Positions 43,230 to 57,300 are shown, numbered from the whole stretch's first letter. The stretch is 63,111 nt of DNA, filler included, from Reticulomyxa filosa (GCA_000512085.1; 16 parts of 16 records of this genome joined end to end with filler, not necessarily neighbours in it), one strand, 5' to 3'. Notes: a model not told the origin generated them from the letters alone. Made by a program: numbers and translations.

Positions 43230-46200
43230 TTGGAGAAAATAAAAAAAAAAATTGGGAGATTGTCCCGTGTACGTGCGCATTTTCGCACTTTTAATTTGGG
43301 TCTTGGGTGGTTTAAGTTTTTGGATGAGCTGTCGTGTAGCGCAACAATGGAGAACAAGTGCGGCAATATCAACTCGAAACTTTGGAAAGATATTGTTTTT
43401 ATAAACATAGGCGCAAGTATCTTCGGAAAACTCTTGGTGTGGCTCATATCAAAGAAGGCGTCGAATTCGATCTATATGCGCAAAAAACAAGTGAAAGTCG
43501 TCGTTATGGAAATGGCGCTAACTTTGTAAGCGCAGAACAATTGAAACTCGTCGTGTGCGTACGCACATTCGCAATTTTGTGAATCTTGGGCTCGCGGGCG
43601 ACATTGGCAATCGGTGAATAGATATCTACATTTTATGACTCCATCGCTGCAAGAATCGTGTTTATCGAACAAGCACCACTATCTTTGCTTAGTTGTTTCT
43701 GAAATAGACTATGGACTACAGGCGACCTGTTGGATGTGATGCAACACTTTGTATTTGTTGCATTGTTCCAGTACTTGTGAGCAATGAAGTGGGGTTACCA
43801 ATTTGCATTCGTTGAAGTTGGATCCGAATCGTCAGCTATGAACTGTGAAGCCGTAGGGACCTTGGGTGTACTCAAAATAACGTCTAACCATTGCAGGCAA
43901 GAAACGAAGAATGAATAACAGCAAAGAACGCGTCCAATAATAAAAAAGAAAAGAAAAATTCTACCATCACTCAGGATCGCCTCAAATATGTGAATAGCGC
44001 ATGTCGATATGCGAAAGTCTAATAACAAGCATTATCCAAGCACAAAGTGTGTCCCGATCACAAGGGATGAACTCCTTATTTGAAAGACGTTTATTATATG
44101 ATGGCACTGGGACAGTGGGGCAATATTCTTCCAGGCCAATCCCAAACAATCTGGACATTGGTGCCTCCCGATACGAAAGCGCAAGTTCGTCAATAAAAAA
44201 GGAAAAGAAGACAGTGATATCGCGCAACGATATCAACATGGCGATATTTACAACAGCAGCAGCGATTGTACTTACGAAGAAATAGAAGGCGAGGAAGAAA
44301 ATAGTGTGGACGTTGTTAAAAGATAATGCACATATAGACCGAGCAAACGACTATATCGGGAGAACCATTCTGTGTGAGATTGGTTCGATTCGGTGGAAGA
44401 GTTGTGCGAAACTCGCATCAAGACATCAACAGGCGAGAAGAAGAAAATGAATAGAAGGATGGTGATGAAGAGAAAAAAAAATGACAAGTACGTCGCTTTA
44501 AATTTGCTTTTTTTAAAAAAAATAACCCGCCGACTGATTTTGTTGAGTTTGGCTATAGAATTGTTCATCAAACTGGAAACGCGCAAAGTCGCCACTCGCA
44601 GGCGTGGACCAACTCACATATCGCGCCCCAAGGGAAAATTCTAAACAATTGCGGCGATTTCAAGAAGTGGTAGCCCGAAGTATTGGAAAGAGCGTTTGTC
44701 ATCAACACAGGCGCACAACAGTTTCTGCGGATAATTGTTGGCGCGGCACAGCACCAAAGAAGGTGCCAAGCTGCTGTCTATCGGAGCCAATGAACAAGGA
44801 GCACTTGGTCGTTATGGAAATTTCGCAAATTTTTGTTAACGCAGAGATTGAACATTCGCGCCGAAACTGGTCGTGTGTGCACGCACATTCGCAAATTTAG
44901 ATTTTGAAACGTACGTATACCTATGGTAAAAACCTTGAGCTCGCGAAGTATTGAACATTGTTGTCGGTGAAGAAAGAGAGAAAGAAAGCTGATCGCATTT
45001 CCGAGTCCTCGCTGCAAGTCTGTGTGCCTTGTATTTGTCGAAAAAACACTTATTATCTTTGCCCGAGCTGCTTCCGGGATCAACGATGAACTACGGACGA
45101 CGTGTCGGGTAGCAAGCAATCAAGAAAGCAATAAGTGGAGGACGAGTAAGAAAAGAACGTGAACGTGGTAAAAAAAAAAAAAAATAATCGACATTGCTAT
45201 CGAGCAACCACTACATCGGGAGAATCACCCCATATAAGAGTGGTTCAATTTAGTTGTGCTAAAGCTCCGAGACAACGGCAAGAAAGAAGATGAAGAGGAC
45301 AATGAATAGAAGAAAAAGTAATGCCCAAGTCCGTATCACGTTGGATTTGTTTAAAGTAGAAAAAAAATAATAATAATAATAATCAGTTGAATGGCTTTAT
45401 TGAACTTGGTTATTGATTTTCTCTTTTAAATCTCGAACCGCGCAAAATCGCCACTCGCGGTCGTAGACTAACCTCCCATAGCGCATCCCAGTGGAAAGTG
45501 TTGAACGAATATATCAGTGGTAGCTCGAAGTATGGCAAAGAACTTGTTTACAATCAACGTAAACAGATACAAGTCTCTGGCGCTTTGCTATGACAACAAT
45601 TATCCGCAAAGATAGTGCTGAACTGCGAGCTACTGGCGCCAACGAAAAATGGAAAATTTGTCGTAATGGAAATGGCGCGCTAATTTTATAAACTCATGAC
45701 AACAATCGAAACTGATTGTGTGCGTGCGCACATGCGCAAATTTTGGATTTTGAATCAGCAAGTGTTAATGGGAGGAATGGTAAGCTTGCAAGCAACATTG
45801 ATAATTGATAATTGGTGAAGAGATAAAAAGATTATTGTATTTTCTAAATCTATCACTGCAAGGGTTGTTTGTCTTGCGTTTGTGGGACAAACGTATATTA
45901 TCTTTACCGAACTGCATCCAGAATCGACTATTAACCACGAACGACGTATTGGATGGCACTCAAGAAAGCAATAAAGAAGAATACGTCAAATGGTACATTC
46001 CATCATCGTATCGTCAATCAAAAAAATGTTGAATAGATGCGCGAAATTTCCAACAACGACCATTATCCAAGGTCAAAGTATGTCTCCTATCAAAAGGGCG
46101 ACGAGAACGAACGAGTTTTGTATGCCATTGGAACCGTTGAAAAAAATTCTCACAGTTTAATCGCCGACGATCTGAGTCTTGTCGTTGTCCGACTACGAAG

Positions 46201-46570
46201 GCAAGCTTCGTCAAGAAGAAAGGGGGGGAAAAAAAAAGACGTAATAATATCGCGTAAAATGGAAACGAAACGATATCAATATTGCGATATCACAACGACA
46301 GTAGCGACTGAATTGGCCGAAGAAATGGGAGACAAAGAAGAAGAGGACGTTGTAGAAAATACACAATCACACATGGCTGTCGAGTGAGCCACTCTCACAT
46401 TGGACCATTCTTTCGATATCGTGATTCAATTTGGTGGATGTTGTTTGCGAAACTCCAAGCCATTATCACAAGAAAACAAGAGAAGGAAGGAGGATGGGGA
46501 TGACGAAGAATAAAAAGAAGGTTTTGAGGATACTGCGTTGGATTTGTTCTAAAAAGTAAAAAAGACATTA
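43230..46570 (-). pseudogene. Three diverged tandem copies (~43230-44520, ~44530-45370, ~45390-46570) of a decayed, probably multi-pass membrane protein gene
   Basis: Anchor motifs recur once per unit: gtcgt[t/a]atggaaat...gtg.g..cgcacat.cgcaa at ~43500, ~44808 and ~45660; cgcaaa.tcgccactcgc at 44582 and 45441; and cgag...ccact/gact...GA-rich tracts at 44340, 45201 and 46381. Minus-strand fragments are hydrophobic (LSFFFLFITILLFIFFF; WALLFLLFIVLFIFFLAVV) and broken by stops. Confidence 0.65.
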
Positions 46571-47762
46571 TGTCAATTTTACTTTCGTCATAAAATGGCT
46601 CTTTACATCCGCAAGTGGCAGCTTTGCGCACTCCTATTCATGCACTACTTTCACATAATGTGCCCTCAATTGAAGCTTATTGACGGGTGTGGTGATGTCA
46701 AGCGCAACGCCAGTTATATTTATGATGGTAACAACGAAACACAGTCCAGATTCTCTTTTACTCTTTTGTTAATTGTTTTAATACATTGTACTTATATTGT
46801 GCTCGCCAATATTTGCTGTATTCCACGATTTGATTTGGTGCTCACGGAAAAGCCAATGTTGTTGCGCTGGGCCCTGCTGGGTGAACACATGAACAATATT
46901 TTATATCAGCAGTCGAGCCCCCCCCCCCCCCCCCCATTTCATTTTCCACTCGGTATTCGGTTGGTCGTTTATGTGCTTGTTCTAAGTTCCTGTTACCTGT
47001 CGTTATAATTATGTTTGTGTCCATTACTTAAAAAAGTCTTTTATATATACATTTTTTTTTAAATATATGTACATATTCAATANNNNNNNNNNNNNNNNNN
47101 NNNNNNNNNNNNNNNNNNNNNNNNNNTTAATTAATTAANNNNNNNNNNNNNNNNNNNNNNNNNNNNNNNNNNNNNNNNNNNNCGTTTTAGGCGTTCAGTT
47201 TTCTTTGCAACCTACTGTACTATTCAACATATCCAAAATTTTATATATCATTTAGTAGTTTTTTGTTTCATTAACTTTTTGCTTATTTTGTTGCATTGCA
47301 TTGAAATAATTTGCAATTTTATCTAATTGTTTTATAAAACAAATGAAAAAGCATGTATGTAGCCAGAAAGAGAATTAAATGTCATTTTAATACTAAAGAC
47401 AAACAACATACACCTGGTCATGAATACCAACATAAAGTCATGAATGCCAACATAAAGTCCAAAATAACTCTTAATCAAGCAACTATTCCTAACAACAAAA
47501 AATACTTCAATATGTCTTTTTCGTTGTCTTACTTAATTTTATGTGCTCAGTATTTTTTTTGATATTTTGACATTATAGAAATATGTTATGTTTGTAATTT
47601 GATAAATATTTATTTTCTCAAAGTATACTGACGTCATCTTTTGTTTTTATGCGTGTAAAGTAAACAGTAGCGCGTTACTGGCGAATGTACTATGTGGCAA
47701 AGACGACAGAATTTTCTTGCAATGATCAAAAATTTAAAAAAACGCAAACAACTTAGTGATAT

Positions 47763-49235
47763 TCAATTGTGCTCCATTTGACACGCATAATAGCTGTCAC
47801 TTTCAATCAGCGAGTTCTTAATTAAATCCCAATTGCTGATTTTTTTGTAACAAGGAATCGGATGTTCTCTGACAATCCACGAACTTCCATTTACAAAATA
47901 TGAAACGTTTAAAAAAGCCTGCAAGCTTTTCCAATAATCCAAGTGGAACTTTCCCAAAAAGTCTTCATAAAAGAATTCTTGATATAAGATTTGGTTGAAA
48001 GGATAAAATTTCAAAAATATTTTTATTTGTTCGTGAAGGTAGTCGATATCCTGGACATACTTATGTCCAAGCTTTGAATCGATTGACAATTCCGAAATGT
48101 GTGCTCTCTGTAAATTGTCTCTGCGATTTCTACGTATGATTTTATACAATTCTTTCGTATAAAGCCGTTCGATCGAGTCTGCTTGATAACTCCAAAACGA
48201 GGCAATTGTGGCTGCCCTTCGCCAATGAATCACACTAATATTGTTACAATACACATATTCAGCAAAAATAGGATAATGTTCAACCAAAAACTGTTCAATT
48301 TCGAGTTTTTGTAAAACTACTTTGCGCTCATTTTTCTCCACTATATCCTTACATTTTATTTTGCCTTCTATGAAGGGCCATATAAACCATTTATGTAGTT
48401 CTTCAATCATAGCGTAACCATCGCATTTGGCACCGTACCTTTTATTGAAAAGTGTTGTTGTTATTTATGTAAGCGAAATAAGAAGTAGGATCATTTTATT
48501 ATTTTCGAGGAAGACGAGATAAAAATGCACGTATTTACATATGATGATTTATGTGTATATATAATGGAGATATAACCATCCAAAACGAGTACAATGACGT
48601 TTGAACCAAAACCACGTTTTTTCATGCAAAGTGTGGATTTGTGGATGTGTTTCTAACGTGTATTGTGCCCAATTACTACCACCTCGTCGTTGTCCCAACA
48701 ATACACTGAAGTGCAAAAGCGGCAGATCATTTGTTTCGTTTTTCGATTGAAAACATTCAGTCAAAAGTGATTCTTTACGAAATAAAGGAACTTTTGAATG
48801 GTGACATAATGCTTGGTTATACATTGAATACGTTTTGTCCATACCTTGACGAAGACGATTTGCATTTGGGGTATTTGTAATATTTCTCGCATATCTCCAA
48901 ACTTTCTCTGCTACACGCTGAAACTCATTTGTGTGTGCATCAGTTAACATGATATCACTCCAGTGGTCTGGAATTTCAATAAAATTCATTATGTAGTTAC
49001 GAAAAGATCTCATATGGCACGTTTTCAAAGAGTCTGAAGTTGATTCAGAGTGAAACGGGCAAATAACCAAATAGTGCGCGTAATACAATACAAAAAAGAG
49101 AAGCAAAAATGTGATCACAAATACCCCAAAGCAACATTTCAAGCATTGGAGATACCCACATTCCAGAGAAATACATTCTCGATGCAAAATCTTTTTTGCA
49201 AGTTTTGTTATGAAAACGCATGAAAAGTTGTTCAT
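47763..49235 (-). CDS. Type II membrane sulfotransferase-fold protein (Stf0/Sulfotransfer-like; intron ~48575-48440)
   Basis: N-terminal TM helix (FGVFVITFLLLFFVLYYAHYL), a 5'-PSB-like loop VLLGQRRGGSNW..TLETHPQI..LHE, a 3'-PB-like VIHWRR...ASFWS, FFYEDF, and LQAFLNV. Confidence 0.7.
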
Positions 49236-50012
49236 TCATCAAAGATTTATTTAAAATTTGTCCCTTTAATTTAGTTTTAGGATGTCCCAAACTACAAAAG
49301 CGGTAAAACTCCAAAAATTTCGTGTTTATGGTTTTTTGTTGCCTTCAGGCAATAACAGAATAATTTTACAAACTACTTGCAATGACTTCAAAAATAGAAA
49401 ACAAAATTTTTTTAAGTAGTCATGGATATTCTCTTTTATTGACACCCACAGCCAAAAAGTTGATTTTCCAAATTTTTTTGAAAGGAGATACATAAAAATA
49501 GACAGACGGAAAGGTGGCCGGTGTAATTTAAAATATCAGCCTTGTGTTAACGAACTAAGTAATAAGATTTTGTGATTCAATGACAAAGATGCCATCTACC
49601 AGTAGTGCATGCGTGAAAAATTTACTAAAATAGCATTTTTCAAATCGAGGATTCGTTAGAAACTTTTTTTGGATTTGAATATTGTACATTGTTAATTGAT
49701 AGCAGCAATTTCTGACATCCATTACCATTGCTAATACCACTATAAGCGTTGATTATACTGATAACAAAGTTACAATCTATTGCAAAAATAACAATTTGAA
49801 AGTAATTATACTGTTTTTTGTTAAGAATAAGACATTGTAAAATAATTAATGAAAAAGTCACACCTTATAGAATAATCTATTTTGCATTTTATGTGTTAAG
49901 TTTTTTATATTTTACTATATATCGCTTTAATGACAAACACTATTTCTTTTTAAATAATAAAGAAAGTGCTTCTTTGTTCATGTATAGTAGTGTAACAAAA
50001 TTGAATATAATA

Positions 50013-50304
50013 ATTTTCTTCATGAAGAAACAACATTTAATCAATTTTTAGTTAAAAATATCTACGAATAATGTAGATTTTAAATATTGCTTTTGTTTTT
50101 ATTTTTCATCCCTAAAAGCTCAAGAAATCTAGTCAAAAAAATAAAAATATAAACAGTTTGCTAGAAAAAATGTAGATAATATGATCGAAATTTTTGAAAC
50201 AGCTATTAAATAAATAAAAAACCAAAGCAATATTTAAAATCTACATTATTCGTATATATTTTTAACTAAAAATTGATTAAATATTGTTTTTTCATGGAGA
50301 AAAT
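50013..50304. repeat. Foldback element with ~90-bp inverted arms, MITE-like
   Basis: 50013-50100 is the reverse complement of ~50216-50304 with about five mismatches. The spacer is ~110 bp. Confidence 0.9.
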
Positions 50305-50563
50305 CAATTATCACATTAAGTTGCCATTTTATGTGTCAATTTTTTTGTATTCAACTGTATCAAATCGCTTTACCAAGATTTTAAAAGTCTCTATTGTCTT
50401 TAAAACACATATTTTTGATTCAGTGTCTTTTCCTCCGAACAATTTTTGGTTTGCAAGTCAAATATAACAAACCTGAAACGGTGAATGGCCCAAATTAAGA
50501 AATATGAACAATCGAAAACAAAAACTTTGCAATGGTCTCTTGTATACAAAAAGTTAAGAAAAA

Positions 50564-51664
50564 TTAGTACCAAAAGTTTATGACAAACTTATAAAAGTCG
50601 TCAATCCATCCTAAGCGTTTCAGCTCACTCTTTCGTAGCCAATGCTTCACAATAGCTCTCACATCTTTTTCAGTCTATTCAAAAAATAATTAAATAGATG
50701 AAAGAAAACAAAACAAATGGAAACACGTAACAATTCCAATAATTTCCTGAACCAAAACTCTCATGTGCTTGTTGGAAGGAGATGTAGAGTCACATCCACC
50801 AATAATATGAGCCCATTTACCATCTTCGGTAACTACAGCGGCCGCACCATAGTCAGAGAGAGGTAATTTACGCTTGCAATCAGACCAAGCAGTCTTTTTA
50901 ATAGAATATAAAAACACGCTATCCTTGTACCACGTATTTTCACTGCCAAACACCATGATGAAATCATCGATATAAGCATTTGAATACAACAGAGGACGAT
51001 CCATATGATTGGGCATAACCAATGTGGAATAGCTAAATTTTTTTTTAGTTTCATCATATTTGACACAAATTCCTTCAGACCCATGGCCGAAAATGATCAT
51101 TTGATCGGATGTACTTTTCGCAAAACAACTCCCAGTAGTAACCTCTTCTCTAGTTGGCAACATTCCTTTTGCGACTGTTTTCATTAGTTTAAAGTCGTAT
51201 GCAATTATGTGATTGGGATAATATATCAAGAACAATAGTTGGTTATTCTTTCCTCCAATCAGTGCACGTGAAAACAACATGTCATTAATATTGTTGTTAA
51301 ATTTATATGGAGAGGCAACCCACTTGTTTAAATACTGAGTTTCTTCATTCCATACACTTTGATAGTGCATCACCAATGCATGGTTATGTTCACCTCCAAA
51401 CGATAACAATTTAATCTCTTTTTCGTTATTGCTCTTCATTTTTATTACTGTATGCCCATATAATTTTACGTTGCTTGGATAACAGCAAATTACACGATAT
51501 TCATTTTTTACAATGTGGTACGAGTAGCAGTTTCTGTTTGACGCACCACCACATATAAGAATTTCATCGTTAAATGACACACACTGAGAATACTTTAATG
51601 CGGTTGGTAAGTTGTGTAGAGTCTCAAAACGAAAATATGTTTCTTCTTTGTTTTTTTTTAACAT
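50564..51664 (-). CDS. Kelch-repeat beta-propeller protein (2 exons, intron ~50730-50676)
   Basis: FETLHNLPTALKYSQCVSFNDEILICGG..CYSYH..GHTVIK..LLSFGG, RALIGGKNN and HIIGG. The last exon is TEKDVRAIVKHWLRKSELKRLGWIDDFYKFVINFWY-stop. Confidence 0.85.
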
Positions 51665-52366
51665 CCGAATCTACTAAAAGATGTCCCGTATTGAAGTAAT
51701 TTGCTACTGGTGAAAGCAAAAAATCTGGAAACAGCAGTTTTTGAGTTCAGTAAAGTTACAGTTGGAAAAACGTGACGAATTGAAATTTTGTAGCACGCTT
51801 TGAAAATTCTATTTAATTAGCGTTTGTTGCTTGTTTAGAGCAACGCTGAAAAGTATTCAGTGTCACGAAACTGAAAACAAGAAAACGCAAAACTTACGAA
51901 AAAGTGAACTTTTTGGCCATAATCACGATGACAACCAAACAACGGTAAGAAAAGTCCAAACAAATAAGTTGAAGGGAGGAAGAAAAGCGACAATAGCAAT
52001 GTTATTTCCACGTTGAGGGGTTATTGACTGGTTATAGTGAGGAAGCGTACTTAAAAGAGCTGTTGGAAGAGGAGAGCGTTGATGGTAATCAAAGAGTATT
52101 ACGCTACCAACAAAGGTAAGCATTTTTATAGCAAAGAGAAATGAACAAAAAATGAAAAAAAAGAAACGAAGATATAACAAATAATTTTTAAAAAAAGGAG
52201 GGGAAAAGTTGCATGATTTAATTTTAATGAATGAACATGTATAACATATGCACATTTATTCGTATATGCGCGTAGGTACATTGCATATACCATAAATTGT
52301 TGTCTGTGTATGTGTCTGAATGCCTTTGAAATGTAATATACGAGTCTGGACTCAAACGCACCCGAA

Positions 52367-53845
52367 TTGGTGAGTCATTCATCAGGCGCCTCATCAGTTC
52401 TTCATAGTCATCGAAACAGCGACGCAACTACTGAGTACACATACATGCCGGATGGAAGCAAATCCAAAGTGGCCAAAAGTAAAGATCGTGTAAAAAAAAT
52501 GTCATTCCGAAAGCAAGAGTTGACACCTTTGACAGCATTGATAAAAATAGATCCCAGTTTTTTTCCTATTTCTATTTTTTTGAAGTATTCTCATTTTCTT
52601 TCGTTTATTTTTGTGGTTATCGAAAAAGATTAAAAGTAAATAAATAAATAAAGCTCTTCCAACAATTGATTCAAAAGTGGAAAATACTCCAGTGCTTCCA
52701 ACCAGTACAAATTTAGCCAAAGCGTTAGAACGGTCACCAGGGATGAGTGTTAGTGCCAATGACACGACAAATAGAAATGGGTTTGGCAGCGTGGCATTGG
52801 ATACAATTAAGACAAAGGCACTGACATTTCGGATGATGAGTGATCGTCCTGAACAACAAATCCGCCTTAAATTATATTTACCACATGAGCGCAATGATCC
52901 CACACCTCAAGCCATGATTGTTTTTATTAATAACGGGACTTCCATGCAAGTCATGATTGAGTTTTTGGAATCTGCTTATCCTCAAAAGTTTCGTTTTATT
53001 TGATTTTTTTCGTTTTAGTTTATTTGCCTATTGTTAGTTACTGTGAACGTGCATTTGCTCTTTTGTCATCCAGCTATTTAAAAGGACGCATCAAGCAATT
53101 ATGTATTGCAGATGAAGACGGAGATATCGATGAAGATTTTCCACCGATGAATCCAAGTCAAGACATATCCGCAATGGGTGTTGGACATTTCTATGTGGAT
53201 TGTCGATTTGATAACGACAGTGACAATGGCGACAATGAGGAAAATGATGGCAATGCCCCTCAACGAGTGAAAATGAATCAAGACTTGAGTATAAGCAATG
53301 AAGTGTTGAGCATCTCTCTCCCTTTTTCTAAAGAGGAACACAATGCCACGGGGTTCACCAAGATTAGTGGGAGTCAATTGACTGAACAATTGAAACAACA
53401 GTCTTCTTCTACTCCTATCAATCATCCATTATCTGGCATTGCACAAAAAGATGACCAAAAAAAAAGAGCCAGTGCAAGTTCACAAAATAGTTCAAAACTC
53501 AATATCATTGCATCTGGTCAAACTGAAAAGGGTCAATATATTGATATCCCACAAAAGATATCTCTTTCACTGTTGCAAGAAGAATCCAATGATCAGGCAC
53601 TTTCAAAAAAAAAACAACAAAAGACAGGCAAAAAATCTATTTTTGCTCGTTTTTGCTGTTGCAATGGAAGAGATGATATGGAGAGATTAAATGACACCGA
53701 AGAAGATGAGGAACAAGAGCTAGGAGTAACGCAAACACAGGTTGGATATCACCCACCCTATTACAATAACACTGCCAATAATGTCCCTGCAACGCGAGCT
53801 GCTACCGCCTCACAAGTTTCTAGTCGACAGTTTGATACGGTGTAA
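52367..53845 (+). CDS. SIN1/Avo1-like CRIM domain protein (multi-exon; true start uncertain, possibly upstream near 52000)
   Basis: IRLKLYLP...MIVFINNGTSMQVMIEF plus LCIADEDGDIDEDFPPMNPSQDISAMG resembles the CRIM signature (L.i.eeDGevD.DFPpl). No PH domain is seen before the stop. Confidence 0.6.
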
Positions 53846-54303
53846 TCTTTTTAGTAATATTTTGTTTTGCTTTCCTTTTATTTTTTCCATAACCTCTTTT
53901 TCTGAACGGGATTAATTGTTTGTTGTCGTGCCACTTTTTTTTGTTTAATACGCAAAAAGTAAATGTGTTGATTGCCATTTCAATTTGTTGTATCTCATTA
54001 AAAACTTATTTGGCTATTAAAATAAGTTTTTAATTTTTACCCATAAAATTGTAAAAATATTACATTATTGTGAATAACTTTGTATTTCACGTTGTGTTGC
54101 GTTTGTTAAATTCCAGTGTATTATAACAGAAATACAATCTGTCTATGCATTACATTTCGCGTTTCGGAACAAGAACAACAAATGACTATTTTTGAGCACA
54201 AGANNNNNNNNNNNNNNNNNNNNNNNNNNNNNNNNNNNNNNNNNNNNTTAATTAATTAANNNNNNNNNNNNNNNNNNNNNNNNNNNNNNNNNNNNNNNNN
54301 NNN

Positions 54304-57300
54304 ATGAACTGTGTCAAAGATTTAGCTCGTACGCTCGTATCTATTATCCCGTCGATCGCAAGTCATCTCAGTGCATTCTCATATGTGTTTACCAAAATAC
54401 CTGAAGATCAAAAACAATATATGAATGGATTGGCAAAGACAACTTACGATAGCATTAAAAACGAACCAGATGAAGGGTTCAAAGCCATTTTGGCAGATAT
54501 TGTTAGAAAAACAAGAAAAGGAGTGATCGCACCAAATTTACTGAAAGATTCACCAGTTAATTTGTTGGAGGAACTTTGTGATATAAAGAATTTTATTCAA
54601 GAACCCAGAGAGGTCTTTCAACCCTTTGTTTCCGAAAGTTCTAAAGGAGCAGTTCATATGCAAGTGCAGAAGCACAAAGAAAACATTTGGTTGGCTTATC
54701 AAAATGGAGATTACATACTTGCCAAAACAAAATTAGATGAACTCACAGACTTGAATAATGTGTTGAAACTTCCAACGATTGAAAATGAATACAATGATTG
54801 TGTGACAAAATTGACCAATGAATGGAATCAAAGATATGAAGATGCCAAATCAACACTCAATAAACGAATTGCATCTCAACATTCAATAAGTAAAGATGAT
54901 GTGTTGGCTTATCAAAAAGTTGTAAATGAACTTGTTGCTGCAAATGAATTGCGAACACATTTGAAAGATGCAATTTGTGGTGATTCTTTGACTCAAAATA
55001 TCAATGAACAAATGAAACAGTTGATTCATGCAATCGAAAATGAAAAGGAAGGGAATGAAAGTACATTACAAGCTTATTTGGATAAAATGGCACAAGTGCA
55101 AGTCTGTTACCCTGATCTCCGTAGCTCTTACAACGAAGCATGTCAAAAGTTGAAAAAGAAAGTTGTAATGTATGTGGACGTAGCAAGGGAATGTATTAAA
55201 AAGGATAAATGTATGGAGTTTCGAAAAGAATTGGAGAAGATTGGAAAGATTTTAATTCTTCAAGAACATCTTCGCTCTTTCATAGATATTAAAGAAAAGA
55301 TCAAAGATTTGGAAAGTGAATTATTGAGTTCGTCTCAATCATGTTGCAGATGAAGGACGCGATGCGTTGAAAAAAACAATCAAAGAGGAAAGAGTAGACA
55401 ATATTAAAGAAAATAAAGAAAAAGAAAAAGAAGAAAGGGAAAGAGTGAAAGTAGTTAATGTCCGAGTTAAAAGACTTGACAAAAATGAAGCCTACATCTT
55501 AAAAGCGAACGTTTTTCTCTTGGAGGAAGCAGCAAATGCGTTTGAATTGCCTTGTGTGATGAAAAAAAAGATAATAATAGCGACATTGATACAAACATGA
55601 TTGAGGAGGTCGAAGGTGCTTCCAATCGATTAACTGAAGTCAAAAAAACTGCAAAAAGATTATCCAACAATATTTGCATACTTTCCACAAGATATAATTG
55701 GACAATTTGACAAACGATTGAAACGAATATATGTGAATCTATCTGATGAGATGATGAGGTTGACAATGGAAGCAAGCTCTACATTATTGAAAAGAAAAAT
55801 CGCAATTGCTAAAGCTTTTAGTGAATTGGATGGTTTTGCTCAACCCATTCACAAATTTCATGATCTATTTTCGACGTACCAAAATAAAATCTACAATGAT
55901 GAGATTGAAATCAAACCAGCATTGGAAGCGATCAAAAATCGTCAATATTCTACAGTTGCAACAAAAATGTATGAACTTGAACAAATCGACGATCCAAATA
56001 AAAAAAAGGCATTCAAAGATATTAAAACCTCTTTGTCAGAAGATTTGTATACCTTGGCCAAAAAAATAAAGGTACTGCCACTTGAGGAGAGCGAGGTAGA
56101 TATTAAAAATCTGAACGAATTGAAGGATAATCTAGAATATATCAAAGAAGCACAAGTTGCCATTCAATTCGTGAATGAGATGGCAAAAAAAGAAATTACT
56201 AGAACAATAAAGAAAGTTAAATCTGATATTAAAAAAAATATGGAAGTGGAATTTAATACATTTGACAGATTATTGATTAATTTGAATTTTTTGGAGGCAA
56301 AAAAAAAAAATTAGTTTTATTCAAAGCATGGCAAACATTTTAAGGGATTGTTATGAGTTAATTTCTTCGAATAAGGATACCACAAAGAAAGAAGGCGGAA
56401 AAAAAAGCGTGGATCGAGTGAACCAAGCCAAGAACGCTATTGAAAAAAAATGGAAAGCGACTGTAGATCGATTCAAAAATGCTCCACTGACTACATGTAT
56501 CTCTTCACCCACCCAATGAAATTTATGCCAAATTTATCACTGCAAAGTATGAAAACGAATGGAAAGAAATTGAAGATATTATTATTAAAAAGGTTCGAGC
56601 TCAATTGGAAACAGCTTGCAGAGATGTGGAAACAGAGTCGTTAATACAAACTCAACATTTTATCCGTCAATGTAAGACAGTAATGGCAGTCCTGCCTGGC
56701 CACATGAAGGAAATGCTCAATAAAGATATCAAACAAAGCGAAGCAGAAATTAAGGATAAAATGAACAAAGCCATGCGTAATGCAGATGAAGTATTAAATA
56801 CCAAAAACATGGACTATATTAATGATTTCTTGGATACATGTACAAACCTTGAAAAAAACGAGATTGAACGCCAAGCACCCATAATAATTCGAAATATGGT
56901 TGAAAGGATAAATCAAAAATGGACCAACGAAGATGTAACTGGGGTATTAAAGGATCTGAAAGATTTACTCAATATTAAATCAACAAAACTAAATCTATCT
57001 GCAGCTAACAGCTTCGAATTGACTCAAAACACATTTACTGAGCAATTTGGAAAGATCCGACAAAAAACAACAGCTAGTTTGGATGTATTGGATCGTTATG
57101 AAGTTAGCCCCAAGACAATAGAATCCATAGAAAAATTATTAGACTTTTTCATTCAATGCATGGATTTTAATGCAGATGTGAAAAATAAGGCTAATGAAGT
57201 GATGCCGTCTGATTTTAACGAGAAAGTCAAAGAATTAGATAGAAAAATCTCCAACTCTTTTTCGTCGTTGGAAAAGAAATACAATATCAACATTGTGCAA

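Noticed and set aside
43230-46570. CRISPR-like or structured-RNA array
   Set aside because: The units are about 1 kb, highly diverged and coding-like, with no short conserved repeat and spacer pattern.
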